From: Methanothermus fervidus DSM 2088 | Lineage (GTDB): Archaea; Methanobacteriota; Methanobacteria; DSM-2088; Methanothermaceae | Assembly (NCBI GenBank): GCA_000166095.1 | Contig: CP002278.1 | Location: forward strand, 330,001-362,000 | Reading direction: 5' to 3' | DNA length: 32,000 nucleotides | Shown here: in pieces, positions 8,736 to 17,770 of the stretch | Position numbering within the stretch: position 1 is the stretch's first letter | Layout of the letters: the number at the start of each line of letters is the position of its first letter | Translations under genes and position numbers: made by a program | The notes under the pieces: model-generated | Database searches by the model: none | What the model was told of the DNA's origin: nothing | Seen by the model: the letters and a program-made list of their open reading frames with translations, nothing else

Positions 8736-9122
8736 TTATGGATAAATAACAATTCTATAATATACATTGCCAACTTTCACAGTGTCATCACTAATTTGCT
8801 CAGCTCCTAAACCAACTAATGATTTTATTGTTTCATTGACAACTATTGACTTTTGATCGTTGCTTAAAGCATTGTTAAGGAAAATACTAACATTTTTATT
8901 TGTTTCATTCCCATTGACATAAATCTTTGTAATCTTAACAGGTTCTAATATAGTGCCATTGTATAGAAGTTCTGAGATAGATTTTGATGCTCCTCCTCTA
9001 ATAACTGAAATTACCTTATCTTCACGAAATTGGTTAGCTACATTGAAAGCAAAAATCAAAATTATTATGGCTATTATCCCTAATACAAGTATTAGTTCTG
9101 CAGATGCTTGTCCTCTTTCCAT
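8736..9122 (-). CDS. Class III signal peptide (archaeal type IV pilin-like) protein
   Basis: N-terminus 'MERG|QASAELILVLGIIAIIILIF' has a short basic leader, G-Q cleavage context, Glu at +5 and a hydrophobic helix. The C-terminal domain has several N-x-S/T sequons. Confidence 0.75.
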   Translation of the reverse strand: MERGQASAELILVLGIIAIIILIFAFNVANQFREDKVISVIRGGASKSISELLYNGTILEPVKITKIYVNGNETNKNVSIFLNNALSNDQKSIVVNETIKSLVGLGAEQISDDTVKVGNVYYRIVIYP

Positions 9123-9158
9123 ATTATTTTATTGGTTTTCTAATAAAAAATAATTTTT

Positions 9159-9595
9159 TTAACGTTTAATCAATTTTACATCAAACTGGCAGAAATCGTT
9201 TCCTAATCCAAAACAATGTGTTTCTTTTGCAACGACCTTACATTTAAGTATTTTTTCTAATGCACCTGCAATTATTCCAGCTTCAAAATCACAAAGAGTT
9301 TTTCCACATTCTGGTAATCCATAGCAAGATACACATTCATCAACTCTTATTTTTAGAGGATCTTTATCTACAACTGAAATTAATCCCAATCTTTTTTTTT
9401 AGAAATTTCCTTAAGTTCCTCAATACTTTTTGCATTTAATTTTTTTCCTAATTCTTTACCTGAATAATAAAGAAGAGACTTTGCAGCATCTTCTCCAATA
9501 TATTTTGCCAGAGATATATGCCTTAAACCTCTAAAAATATCAATACTCACTGTAGAACCAAGTTGTCTTCTCTCAGAATTTAACATTTTTAACAC
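9159..9595 (-). pseudogene. V4R-domain protein gene interrupted by a frameshift in an A9 tract (ORFs 9380..9595 and 9159..9389)
   Basis: The upstream ORF is the N-terminal half of a V4R domain. The downstream ORF is the C-terminal half ('CDFEAGIIAGALEKIL..KETHCFGLGNDFCQF'). They switch frame at T9 (9392-9400 on the plus strand). One extra A or a -1 slip gives a continuous 145-aa protein collinear with the paralogue at 15484..16026. Confidence 0.65.
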
Positions 9596-9605
9596 CTATT
9601 AAAAA

Positions 9606-10637
9606 TTAATTATTAATTATCCCTATCCCATTCTCATATTTAATTTTTATGTTTGAATATGACTCAAGTTCTTTAAGAAATATTTTGGCTTCTTCTGCAT
9701 CCATTGGTTGAGGATAACAATTTACAATTTTTATAGGATAAATATGAACAGTAGTACTAGTATTTTTAATAGTCACAACTATTATCATAGATTTTTTTGT
9801 TTCTGGGTTTTGTTGGTCAAATACACAGTTCCCAAGACTATAAAATATTAAATGACCCTTATATTTTTCTATACTTTCAACAACATGGGGATGATGTCCT
9901 ATAACCATGAAAGCTCCTTCATCAATACATTTATGCGATATCATTCTCTGAAATTCATTTGGAATTCGATGATATTCATTTCCATAATGAAATTCACAAA
10001 TAATATAATTAGCTCCCATTATTTTTGCTTGATGTATTGCAGATTTTATATGATCCCAAGAAATTGGTGCAAATCCTGGCCTGTTTTTGGTTGCAGGTTG
10101 TGAATATTCGTCAACAAATTCTGAAGCTTCTATGATTGCTATCTTTTTTCCTTTAATATTTACAATTAGTGGTTTATAGGCCTCTTGAATATTGGAACCT
10201 ACTCCTACATACATTATACCATTGTTCTTAAGATTTTTCATTGTATCATTAAGTCCTGACATTCCATAATCCATGATATGGTTGTTTGCAAGACATGCAA
10301 CATCGACACCACCTTCTTTAAGAAATTTTATAAATTGCGGATCTGCTTTAAATGTAACTAATTTTTCAGATTGATTATTTGAATAAGTGACAGGTGATTC
10401 TAAATTAATGATTGTTAAATCTGTATTGTTTGTAATATTGAGAATGTATTTAAATGGTTGTGGATTTTCATGTAAAACTGAATCTACACCACGTCCTAAC
10501 ATCACGTCTCCAGTAAAAGTAATATTGATAGGTTTCTCAGGTTTTGGCACTTTTTGGATAGGAATAAAACATATAGTTAACAAGGATGATAAAGATAAAA
10601 TTAAAACTATAAAAATTAATTTCCTTAACATAAACAT
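9606..10637 (-). CDS. CapA family protein (poly-gamma-glutamate capsule synthesis-like metallophosphoesterase), N-terminally membrane anchored
   Basis: 343 aa. N-terminal TM 'LIFIVLILSLSSLLTICF', then 'FTGDVMLGRGV', 'IINLESPV', 'ACLANNHIMDYG' and 'GHHPHV', typical of the PGA_cap/CapA family. Confidence 0.8.
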   Translation of the reverse strand: MFMLRKLIFIVLILSLSSLLTICFIPIQKVPKPEKPINITFTGDVMLGRGVDSVLHENPQPFKYILNITNNTDLTIINLESPVTYSNNQSEKLVTFKADPQFIKFLKEGGVDVACLANNHIMDYGMSGLNDTMKNLKNNGIMYVGVGSNIQEAYKPLIVNIKGKKIAIIEASEFVDEYSQPATKNRPGFAPISWDHIKSAIHQAKIMGANYIICEFHYGNEYHRIPNEFQRMISHKCIDEGAFMVIGHHPHVVESIEKYKGHLIFYSLGNCVFDQQNPETKKSMIIVVTIKNTSTTVHIYPIKIVNCYPQPMDAEEAKIFLKELESYSNIKIKYENGIGIINN

Positions 10638-10689
10638 TATTTATTGGTTTTCCTGTATTAATAACTTTAATTTATAATGAGGTGTATGC

Positions 10690-12057
10690 ATGGAAATCCT
10701 GGAGAAGGTAAAAGCTATAAAAAATCAAGAAATAAGTGCTGTAGAAAATCTAGAGAATTTCATAGATACTATAAAGAAGAAAAATCCTAAAATAAATGCA
10801 TTTATAGAAATAGATGAAGAAGGTGCAAGAAAGACTGCAGAAGAGATAGACAAAAAGATAGCAAGAGGTGAAAAAACAGGTAAATTAGCAGGTTTAGTGA
10901 TAGCAATAAAAAGTAATATCAATGTAGAGGGTTTCACAGTATCTGCAGGTTCTAAAACATTAGAAAATTATGTAAGTGGTTATGATGCCACTGTAATAAA
11001 AAGAATAAAGAATGAAGATGGAATAATAATTGGTATGACTAATATGGATGAATTTGCATGTGGTTCATCAACAGAAACATCTTATTATGGTCCTACAGAT
11101 AATCCTTCAGCTCCTGGTTATATTCCTGGTGGATCAAGTGGTGGTAGTGCAGCTGCAATTGCAGCTGATATGTGTGATATAGCTTTAGGCTCAGATACTG
11201 GTGGATCAATAAGAAATCCTGCTGCATGTTGTGGAGTAATAGGATTTAAACCAACATATGGTTTTGTATCAAGATATGGACTTATAGACCTCGCAATGAG
11301 TCTTGATCAAATAGGTCCTTTCGCAAATGATGTTACAGGAATTTCTTTAATGCTAGATACTATCGTTGGATATGATCCTGCTGATCCAACAACAATGAAA
11401 ATAAAACCATCATTTACTAATAATCTAGAAGGAAATATTGAGAATATGAAAGTAGGTATAGTAAAAGAATTTCAAGAAGTATCACAAGATTCAATAGTTA
11501 AAGTTGTGAATGATATTGTTTCTGAGCTTGATGCACATGGCGTTGAAATTCAGGAACTTAAATTTGATTACATTGACTTGGTTTTACCAACATATTATTT
11601 AATTAACTTTGTGGAATTTTTCTCTGCAACTAGAAAATATGATGGACGTAAATATGGTTATAGAATTGAAGAAGTTTGTGGTGAAGAAGTGTTACGTAGA
11701 ATACAGATTGGATCATACATAAGCCAGAAAGAATATTCAGGAAAATACTATAGAAGAGCTTTACAAGCACGTTCATTAATAAGAAAAGAATTTATGAAAT
11801 TGTTAAAAGATGTGGATATAATAATAGGTCCTACTCTCCCGAAATTACCTCATAAAATAGGAACAGAAATTGAACCTTTAGAAATGTATAAATACGATAT
11901 ATTAACTTGTCTTACAAATCTTGTGGGAATACCTGCAGCAAGTGTAGATGTTGGAAAAATAAAAAATATCCCAGTAGGAGTTCAAATACAGGCAAAAGCT
12001 TGTGAAGATTATAAAGTGTTGCAGGCAGCACATGCAATTAAAAAACTTATTACTTAA
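10690..12057 (+). CDS. gatA: Asp/Glu-tRNA(Asn/Gln) amidotransferase subunit A
   Basis: 455 aa. Amidase signature '[26 protein letters not shown]'. GAGGTG RBS. Confidence 0.9.
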   Translation: MEILEKVKAIKNQEISAVENLENFIDTIKKKNPKINAFIEIDEEGARKTAEEIDKKIARGEKTGKLAGLVIAIKSNINVEGFTVSAGSKTLENYVSGYDATVIKRIKNEDGIIIGMTNMDEFACGSSTETSYYGPTDNPSAPGYIPGGSSGGSAAAIAADMCDIALGSDTGGSIRNPAACCGVIGFKPTYGFVSRYGLIDLAMSLDQIGPFANDVTGISLMLDTIVGYDPADPTTMKIKPSFTNNLEGNIENMKVGIVKEFQEVSQDSIVKVVNDIVSELDAHGVEIQELKFDYIDLVLPTYYLINFVEFFSATRKYDGRKYGYRIEEVCGEEVLRRIQIGSYISQKEYSGKYYRRALQARSLIRKEFMKLLKDVDIIIGPTLPKLPHKIGTEIEPLEMYKYDILTCLTNLVGIPAASVDVGKIKNIPVGVQIQAKACEDYKVLQAAHAIKKLIT

Positions 12058-12096
12058 AACCAATAAAAACGTTAAATATATATATCAAAAATTCCC

Positions 12097-12104
12097 TTTA
12101 TTAA
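12097..12104 (+). promoter_or_regulatory. Candidate TATA box for the tRNA gene
   Basis: TTTATTAA centred about 33 nt upstream of the mature tRNA 5' end. An alternative AT-rich box lies at 12072-12086. Confidence 0.3.
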
Positions 12105-12133
12105 TTTTACAGAATAAATCATTGAAATTAGTA

Positions 12134-12228
12134 GCCGGGGTGGCTCAGCTGGTTAGAGCGCACGGCTCATAGGGCTTGGCTGAGCCTGAGAAACCGTGAG
12201 GTCGCGGGTTCAAATCCCGCCCCCGGCA
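12134..12228 (+). tRNA. tRNA-Met (anticodon CAT, elongator type; could alternatively be tRNA-Ile2) with a 21-nt intron at position 37/38
   Basis: Hand-folded cloverleaf. Acceptor GCCGGGG/CCCCGGC, D stem GCTC/GAGC, anticodon stem CACGG/CCGTG, loop CTCATA(A), T arm GCGGG-TTCAAAT-CCCGC. Intron is about 12172-12192. No encoded CCA. G1:C72 argues against an initiator. Confidence 0.9.
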
Positions 12229-12777
12229 TCATTTATTTTTCTTAAATTGTACCCATAAGCCAGTTTCATCGTTAGTAATCTTGTATTTTGGAATTATAGA
12301 AGAATCAAGCTCAAAAATTAAATCGTTTACTTTTATACGTTTATGTTTGTGAATTTTATGTTTAAAATTAATTAAATGAACTGCTGAACCATATCCTCCT
12401 CCTATGTATGCAAATCCTCCTGGTTTTAAAACTCGATATATTTCATTAAATGCTTTTGTCCTGTTTTCCCAGAAGAACATAGAACCACGACTAACAACCA
12501 GATCTGCAAAATTTGTGGGAAATGGCATTCTATGGACATCAGCATGTTTTACTATTACTTTTTTCAATAATTTTTTCTTAGCTACATGTTTTTTCGCGAT
12601 ATCTATCATTTTTGGAGATATATCTATAGCAAAGACTTTCAAATTTGAATGTTTGGCAAGTTCTATAGCTAAAAATCCATTTCCTGTGCCTACATCTATA
12701 CATATTCCTTCATTAATTTTGGAAATTTCTAAAATATCCAAAGCTAACTTTTGGTAAATGATCTTTTTTGTAGTCAT
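12229..12777 (-). CDS. Class I SAM-dependent methyltransferase (Methyltransf_11/UbiE type)
   Basis: 182 aa. SAM-binding motif I 'CIDVGTGNGFLAIELA', 'AIDISPKM' and 'LKPGGFAYIGG'. The stop codon abuts the 3' end of the tRNA gene. Confidence 0.8.
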   Translation of the reverse strand: MTTKKIIYQKLALDILEISKINEGICIDVGTGNGFLAIELAKHSNLKVFAIDISPKMIDIAKKHVAKKKLLKKVIVKHADVHRMPFPTNFADLVVSRGSMFFWENRTKAFNEIYRVLKPGGFAYIGGGYGSAVHLINFKHKIHKHKRIKVNDLIFELDSSIIPKYKITNDETGLWVQFKKNK

Positions 12778-12797
12778 GGAAAAAAATTAAGAAAAAA
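12778..12797 (-). terminator. Oligo-T tract (T6 and T7 on the minus strand) between the large surface-protein gene and the methyltransferase gene
   Basis: The minus strand reads TTTTTTCTTAATTTTTTTCC directly after the stop codon. Archaeal terminators are oligo-T runs. No SD precedes the methyltransferase ATG. Confidence 0.3.
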
Positions 12798-15311
12798 TTA
12801 TTTTCCATGTCTTTTATGAAGAATTTTATTCAAAGAAGTTACAATAGTTTTTCTTTTAACGTAGCTGGTCAACAATGCAATGACAAATACTAGGAGTAAC
12901 AGAATTATTAAGCTTGTATTTTTCGTTGATGGATAATTTAATTTTTTATTACTAATGAGTGGTTGTATTTTCTTTGCTAACTTTGTTCTGTATAGAGATG
13001 TTGCAGTTGCAAATTTATGTCTATAAGAAAATGTGTAAATCTTTAAATGTGAAATATATGGATGTATGTTGAAAATTCTACTTGTTTTACTGATTATCAT
13101 GGGGAAATGAAGAGTCTGTATGGTCATTGTTTGGATGGGAGGTCTTGTTAAAGTAGAAATTTCACTCAGTATATATGTCATCAACATTCTTATAGGATCT
13201 ACTCCAAGAGTCGTTAATTCTTTTAAATATTTTGAAGTAACTGGAATTACCTTTTCTATACTAATAATAGAATTTAATATGTCATGGTGAATTCCTTCAT
13301 TGTATATTTTGTCTAAATGCCAAAACAATGATGCTCTATTACTATATTTACTGCTAACATACCCCTCTAATGTCATTAACTCATCCATTGATTTTTCATT
13401 ATAATATAGAAGCATTGCTTTCCCTGTATTTTTTATTTTGTCCCATAATATTAAAATTGAATAATCAGCATACGCATTTCTTAAAGCTGGTAATGCATAA
13501 TATGTGGATTGAGAAGGAGACACTGCAAATGCAGTTGTCCTTCCAGATATTTGACGATTAGTCTCATCTGGAGTTACCAGTGCAATAAATATATAATATT
13601 CTTGAGATGATGGTGGTAACTTTTTCCATGCATATTCTGCTAGGTCATAGTATTTAAGTGAACAAATGCATCCAACTCTACCAATCACAGTTATAAAACT
13701 TTGAGGTGCATTTGCGGCCCATGCATAGGCAATGCCGGCAACTGCTGGTATTAGTGCATTTCCAACCATAAATGATGAGGATATTGCTGGGCTAATATCA
13801 AATATTTTTGTTGTATTTAATGCACCTTTTACAGGGTCAATGTCTATTCTTATACCACTGATTTTTAGCTGATCAATGTTACGAGTATTTTCATAATATT
13901 TTGTAGATTCAGGTTCTACTTTTATAAATGCTGTTTTTATTCCTGAAAACCAAGTCCAAGGATTTCTTATTTGTAATATATTTCTTATTGTAAAACCACC
14001 TTCATTGTATCCAGCATTTTTTAATAATTTTTTTGCAGCTAAATATATGCCATCTATGTATCCGACTAATGAATATTTTCCAAATACGTTACAATAATAA
14101 GGAGGAACAACTACTCCAACATACCCTTTTGCTAATTCATCTATTTTAAATAATCCTTTATTATATACACTGTTGAATGTCTCAACTCCTAAATTAAACA
14201 TTTTTGAATAATTTATTATAGGAAATATATCTGTAGCCCATGAAACCTGAGTATCTCTTAGTTTTTTGATGTAGTCCTTATCTACACCAGACAATAAATA
14301 TTTAAGATCTTTTTCTTCAATTGTTTTCAACGCTTCAATTTCAAATAAAGATTTGGGATCTTTTTGTAGTAATTTTAAAAGCCACATGAAATATTTCTCA
14401 TGTTGCCAAGGAATACCAGTTTCATAGCTAAATCTTTGTTTAAAATCTTCATCAAAGATTTTAGTCCTCATTAATGCCAATACTCCTGATTTTGATGTAT
14501 TATTATAACATATTGCTACCATTTCACCATGCTTCAAATTGGGATCATTTGTATAATAAGATTTAACGTCAAATCCAAATATTCCATACATAGGAAGATC
14601 AGTAGTATTCATTGGCATAATTATGTAGTAAAATCCTGAAGGTCCAAAAGTCAATGCAAAGGTTTTTAACATTGCATAGCTAGCTATATCTACGTCTCTA
14701 ATATCATTCGCTGAAAAAGTCACTGCTAACAAATCTGGTGGACATCCTACTGCCCAAGCATTTGCAATCCTTATTATATTCCTGCCCAGAATATTTGCAG
14801 CATTTGTAAGTTGTTTTTCAGACATTTGAGATATGGAGATGTAAAATGTTTTACTACTTTCAATAATATTGTTATTAATTGTGTACTTTTTTGCATAGAG
14901 ATCTCCATTGCTTTTTTGTGAAACAAAAACATACATTAATTCTCTAGGATTATTTAATAAAATTAAATTTCCATTGCTATATGTGATCCCTTTTTCTCCT
15001 GTTAAATTTGAATTGGAAAATGTATCAATGATTGCTTGTATACTATCTGTAGAATCTTTACTATTGAAAGAAATACTGCCTGCAGTGGTTATTAATAAAT
15101 TTCTTTTAGAATTTGTTAGGTCCAATATTTTATCGTTTAATGCATCTTTAGCTATTTTTTGGCCAGATATATACATTAAACTTGTTGAATTTACATTGTT
15201 AACTGCTGAACTTGTGTTAGACATTGTCAGTATTAATACTACTACTAATATTCCTAACAATCCTTGCCACTTCAAAATTTCACAACCTTTTTTTGAATGA
15301 CATGATATCAT
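12798..15311 (-). CDS. Large predicted secreted, C-terminally membrane-anchored protein (838 aa), family not recognised
   Basis: ORF trimmed to 'MISCHSKKGCEILKWQGLLGILVVVLILTMSNTSSA' (signal-peptide-like). C-terminal TM 'SLIILLLLVFVIALLTSY' is followed by a basic tail. Many N-x-S/T sequons. The 90 upstream codons in the track are an AT-rich intergenic read-through. Confidence 0.6.
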   Translation of the reverse strand: MISCHSKKGCEILKWQGLLGILVVVLILTMSNTSSAVNNVNSTSLMYISGQKIAKDALNDKILDLTNSKRNLLITTAGSISFNSKDSTDSIQAIIDTFSNSNLTGEKGITYSNGNLILLNNPRELMYVFVSQKSNGDLYAKKYTINNNIIESSKTFYISISQMSEKQLTNAANILGRNIIRIANAWAVGCPPDLLAVTFSANDIRDVDIASYAMLKTFALTFGPSGFYYIIMPMNTTDLPMYGIFGFDVKSYYTNDPNLKHGEMVAICYNNTSKSGVLALMRTKIFDEDFKQRFSYETGIPWQHEKYFMWLLKLLQKDPKSLFEIEALKTIEEKDLKYLLSGVDKDYIKKLRDTQVSWATDIFPIINYSKMFNLGVETFNSVYNKGLFKIDELAKGYVGVVVPPYYCNVFGKYSLVGYIDGIYLAAKKLLKNAGYNEGGFTIRNILQIRNPWTWFSGIKTAFIKVEPESTKYYENTRNIDQLKISGIRIDIDPVKGALNTTKIFDISPAISSSFMVGNALIPAVAGIAYAWAANAPQSFITVIGRVGCICSLKYYDLAEYAWKKLPPSSQEYYIFIALVTPDETNRQISGRTTAFAVSPSQSTYYALPALRNAYADYSILILWDKIKNTGKAMLLYYNEKSMDELMTLEGYVSSKYSNRASLFWHLDKIYNEGIHHDILNSIISIEKVIPVTSKYLKELTTLGVDPIRMLMTYILSEISTLTRPPIQTMTIQTLHFPMIISKTSRIFNIHPYISHLKIYTFSYRHKFATATSLYRTKLAKKIQPLISNKKLNYPSTKNTSLIILLLLVFVIALLTSYVKRKTIVTSLNKILHKRHGK

Positions 15312-15451
15312 TAGTGTAGTGTCTATAAATACATTTCGACTTAAATAAATGTAAAAAAATTTATCAAAAAAAGTACAAAATTTAAGAACTAAAGTTCCAA
15401 AAATTTTTTTAATAAAAAAAATAAAAAATATATGACTCCCGAATAGTAGGA

Positions 15452-15461
15452 AAATATATAT
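15452..15461 (+). promoter_or_regulatory. Candidate TATA-like box for the V4R gene (would give a leaderless or near-leaderless mRNA)
   Basis: AAATATATAT centred about 27 nt upstream of the ATG at 15484. No SD precedes either candidate start. Confidence 0.3.
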
Positions 15462-15483
15462 TGTTCGAATGTTATAGAACAAA

Positions 15484-16026
15484 ATGGTGAATAGATATGT
15501 TAAATACACACATAGAAAAAATTCTACAAAAATGAAAAAAGATGAAAAAGACAAAGAGGTTTCTCTAAAAAATGTCATCACTTCTGATAGGAAATATTTA
15601 TTATCGTATGGTGTTAGTGGTTTTAGAGTACTAGATCCAGCAGTAATGTCAATTTTACATGGAGACGAACATCAAAGAGCTAACATGTTCTTAAATGGAT
15701 TTAAAACTGGGAAGTTATTAGTGAGGGAAGGACTTGTAACTTCTCTAGAATCTTTACAAAGATTTTTATTTGAAAACCAAATCATGATCCTAGATATATA
15801 TAAAATTTTAGATAAAGAGATTGAATTAAGAGTTTATGAATCTTTAAGAGTCTCAGGGCTGCCTAATATTGGAAAACCAATTTGTCACTATGAAACTGGT
15901 CTATTTAAGGGTGTACTTCAGGAAATTTTAGATAAAAAAGTCAAAGTAAGAGAAACAAAATGCAAAGCTCAAGGATATCCTTATTGTCAATTTAAAGTCG
16001 TAACAAAATATTACGACAAATTATGA
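15484..16026 (+). CDS. V4R (4-vinyl reductase) domain protein
   Basis: C-terminal 'CHYETGLFKGVLQEIL...RETKCKAQGYPYCQFKV' is the V4R Cys/Gly pattern. Alternative start at 15532 (MKKDEKDKE). Confidence 0.75.
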   Translation: MVNRYVKYTHRKNSTKMKKDEKDKEVSLKNVITSDRKYLLSYGVSGFRVLDPAVMSILHGDEHQRANMFLNGFKTGKLLVREGLVTSLESLQRFLFENQIMILDIYKILDKEIELRVYESLRVSGLPNIGKPICHYETGLFKGVLQEILDKKVKVRETKCKAQGYPYCQFKVVTKYYDKL

Positions 16027-16029
16027 ACA

Positions 16030-16413
16030 TTAAGCATTAAGCAAAAGATAGAAAGTATGTGATCCGAAATTTCTAATTGCTGAATCAGTATCATTTAGAG
16101 TTCCACTAGAAGCAAGAACTTCACTTCCATTATCAACTATCAACTTATAACTTAACCCTGGAAAATTTTTTCTAAAAAAGCATTCACATACTCTTTTAGC
16201 ATTTTCTTTATCATTTGAATCCAAATAAAAACATACTTTTTCAAGTGTGGAATTATAAGGAGAAGGACAATTTGCCATCGTTGATAATATTTCATCAGCG
16301 TTACTCTCATAGAAAACTGGCATTTTAATATTACAGATAGTTGAAATAAAAATAAATAAAATAAGTAGAGAAAGTATTGCATCAATTGTAAATATATATC
16401 CTTTATCTTCCAT
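16030..16413 (-). CDS. Putative pilin-like, N-terminally anchored small Cys-containing protein
   Basis: 127 aa. 'MEDKG|YIFTIDAILSLLILFIFIST' has a short charged leader, Gly and a hydrophobic helix, which looks like a class III signal. However, Tyr at +1 is atypical. The ATG overlaps the upstream gene by 11 nt. Confidence 0.5.
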   Translation of the reverse strand: MEDKGYIFTIDAILSLLILFIFISTICNIKMPVFYESNADEILSTMANCPSPYNSTLEKVCFYLDSNDKENAKRVCECFFRKNFPGLSYKLIVDNGSEVLASSGTLNDTDSAIRNFGSHTFYLLLNA

Positions 16414-17770
16414 GTTCTTTCTTCCGAATCATTTCTACAATTTTATTTTTCTTTTTAATAGCTTTTAATGCAGCATTTTTAACTTTCTCTTTCATTTCTT
16501 CAAAATCTTCAGGAGTTTTTTCTCCAACAACTTTTTTGATTTTTGTATATGCTGCCTCCCTAAACAATGGTTTTAATATTTTTTCTTCATTTTTTGACTT
16601 AAGCTTAGGAACTCCTGAATCATCTACATAGCCAACATAATCTATTTTTACTCCAACTTTAGACACAACGTCTTTAATTTCCTCACAAACATCTTTGGGG
16701 GCTATTACCATCAATGAATCTATTGAAACTCCCAATGGATCAATGTCCAATTTATTTAACATTTCTAAGACTCTAGGATTTATCAAATCAAATATTTTTT
16801 CTTTATTAAATACAAATCCTAATCCTGTTGTTGAAGATATTTCGTGGGCATCTCCTCTTAGACCACCATTTGTAATATCAGTCATGGCATGAATTTCATT
16901 TAACAATCCAGCATTGATAATTGCCTCACAAGCTTTCATAAAATCAATATTTAAAGTCTCATATATTACATCAAAAAAGCCATGATAAATTGCAGTAGTA
17001 GTTATCGTGCCTCCTCCAGAACCTTCAGTCATTAAAATCTTATCTCCAACTTCTGCTTTCTTTCTAGCTGTTGGAGCTGTGTTAGAAATACCTACAGCCC
17101 CAACAGCGCTCACAAGCCTATCACCTAATACCATGTCTCCGCCTACACGTAATGTACTTCCAGCAGTTATTGGAACACCTGTTAACTCTGAAACTGCAGA
17201 AACTCCTGCTGTAAAATCAAATAACTTACCTACATCTCCATCATCTGCAAGATGTAAATCACTTATTATGGCTATTGGTTTGGCACCCATCACATAAACA
17301 TCTCTAAGTGCAGCCCTTGTTACATGAAATCCACCAAGAAAAGGATATTCACTCAAACGAGAATGTATACCATCAATTGCTGTAGTAACATAGATATTTC
17401 CAAATTTTGATTCGGTTTTAACTACACCACCATCATCTTGTGAGGTAGGATCAACAACAGTTTTACCTTTACTCAAAGAAATTTCAGCTATTTTTCTATG
17501 TACAAAAAAATCTCCTTTTCCTCTAGACCCAACTCCCATTTCGCCCATTGTAACATTGGCTTTTGGATATTTAACTAATTCTTTCAGTTCTTTATCTTCT
17601 TCATTTATTTTAAAAGTATTTTTAACTTCTTCAATTACAGCTGAGGCCAATTTTGCAGCCTTTTCTTTATCTATTTCCTTAAATTCTCTTATTCTATTTA
17701 TTAATTTATTTTTAACTTTTCTTTCGTTTTCTTGTTTAAGCATTTTTCTTACAAAACCTTCCATGTCCAT
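16403..17770 (-). CDS. AIR synthase-related protein (PurM/ThiL/HypE/PurL superfamily) with an N-terminal extension of about 70 aa
   Basis: 455 aa. 'TTAIDGIHSRLSEYPFLGGFHVTRAALRDVYVMGAKP' and 'DITNGGLRGD' are typical of PurM-superfamily N- and C-domains. Specific function not recognised. Confidence 0.75.
   Translation of the reverse strand: MDMEGFVRKMLKQENERKVKNKLINRIREFKEIDKEKAAKLASAVIEEVKNTFKINEEDKELKELVKYPKANVTMGEMGVGSRGKGDFFVHRKIAEISLSKGKTVVDPTSQDDGGVVKTESKFGNIYVTTAIDGIHSRLSEYPFLGGFHVTRAALRDVYVMGAKPIAIISDLHLADDGDVGKLFDFTAGVSAVSELTGVPITAGSTLRVGGDMVLGDRLVSAVGAVGISNTAPTARKKAEVGDKILMTEGSGGGTITTTAIYHGFFDVIYETLNIDFMKACEAIINAGLLNEIHAMTDITNGGLRGDAHEISSTTGLGFVFNKEKIFDLINPRVLEMLNKLDIDPLGVSIDSLMVIAPKDVCEEIKDVVSKVGVKIDYVGYVDDSGVPKLKSKNEEKILKPLFREAAYTKIKKVVGEKTPEDFEEMKEKVKNAALKAIKKKNKIVEMIRKKEHGR

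Noticed and set aside
15312-15581. 90-codon N-terminal extension of the large ORF (track start 15581)
   Set aside because: The translation is Phe/Ile/Leu/Tyr-rich and lies in the AT-rich divergent intergenic region. It overlaps the V4R gene start on the other strand. A signal-peptide-like start at 15311 is far more plausible.
12134-16026. tRNA-flanked integrated element or genomic island (methyltransferase, orphan surface protein, V4R)
   Set aside because: No integrase, recombinase or phage/plasmid gene is present. I could not find a direct repeat of the tRNA 3' end elsewhere in the window. The lower GC is only a visual impression. Retained only as a remark under the orphan-protein finding.
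16152-16385. 77-aa alternative-frame ORF on the same strand inside the pilin-like gene
   Set aside because: Out-of-frame overlap with the longer ORF, which has translational coupling to the upstream gene. The sequence is Phe/Leu/Tyr/Gln-rich and unlike a real protein.
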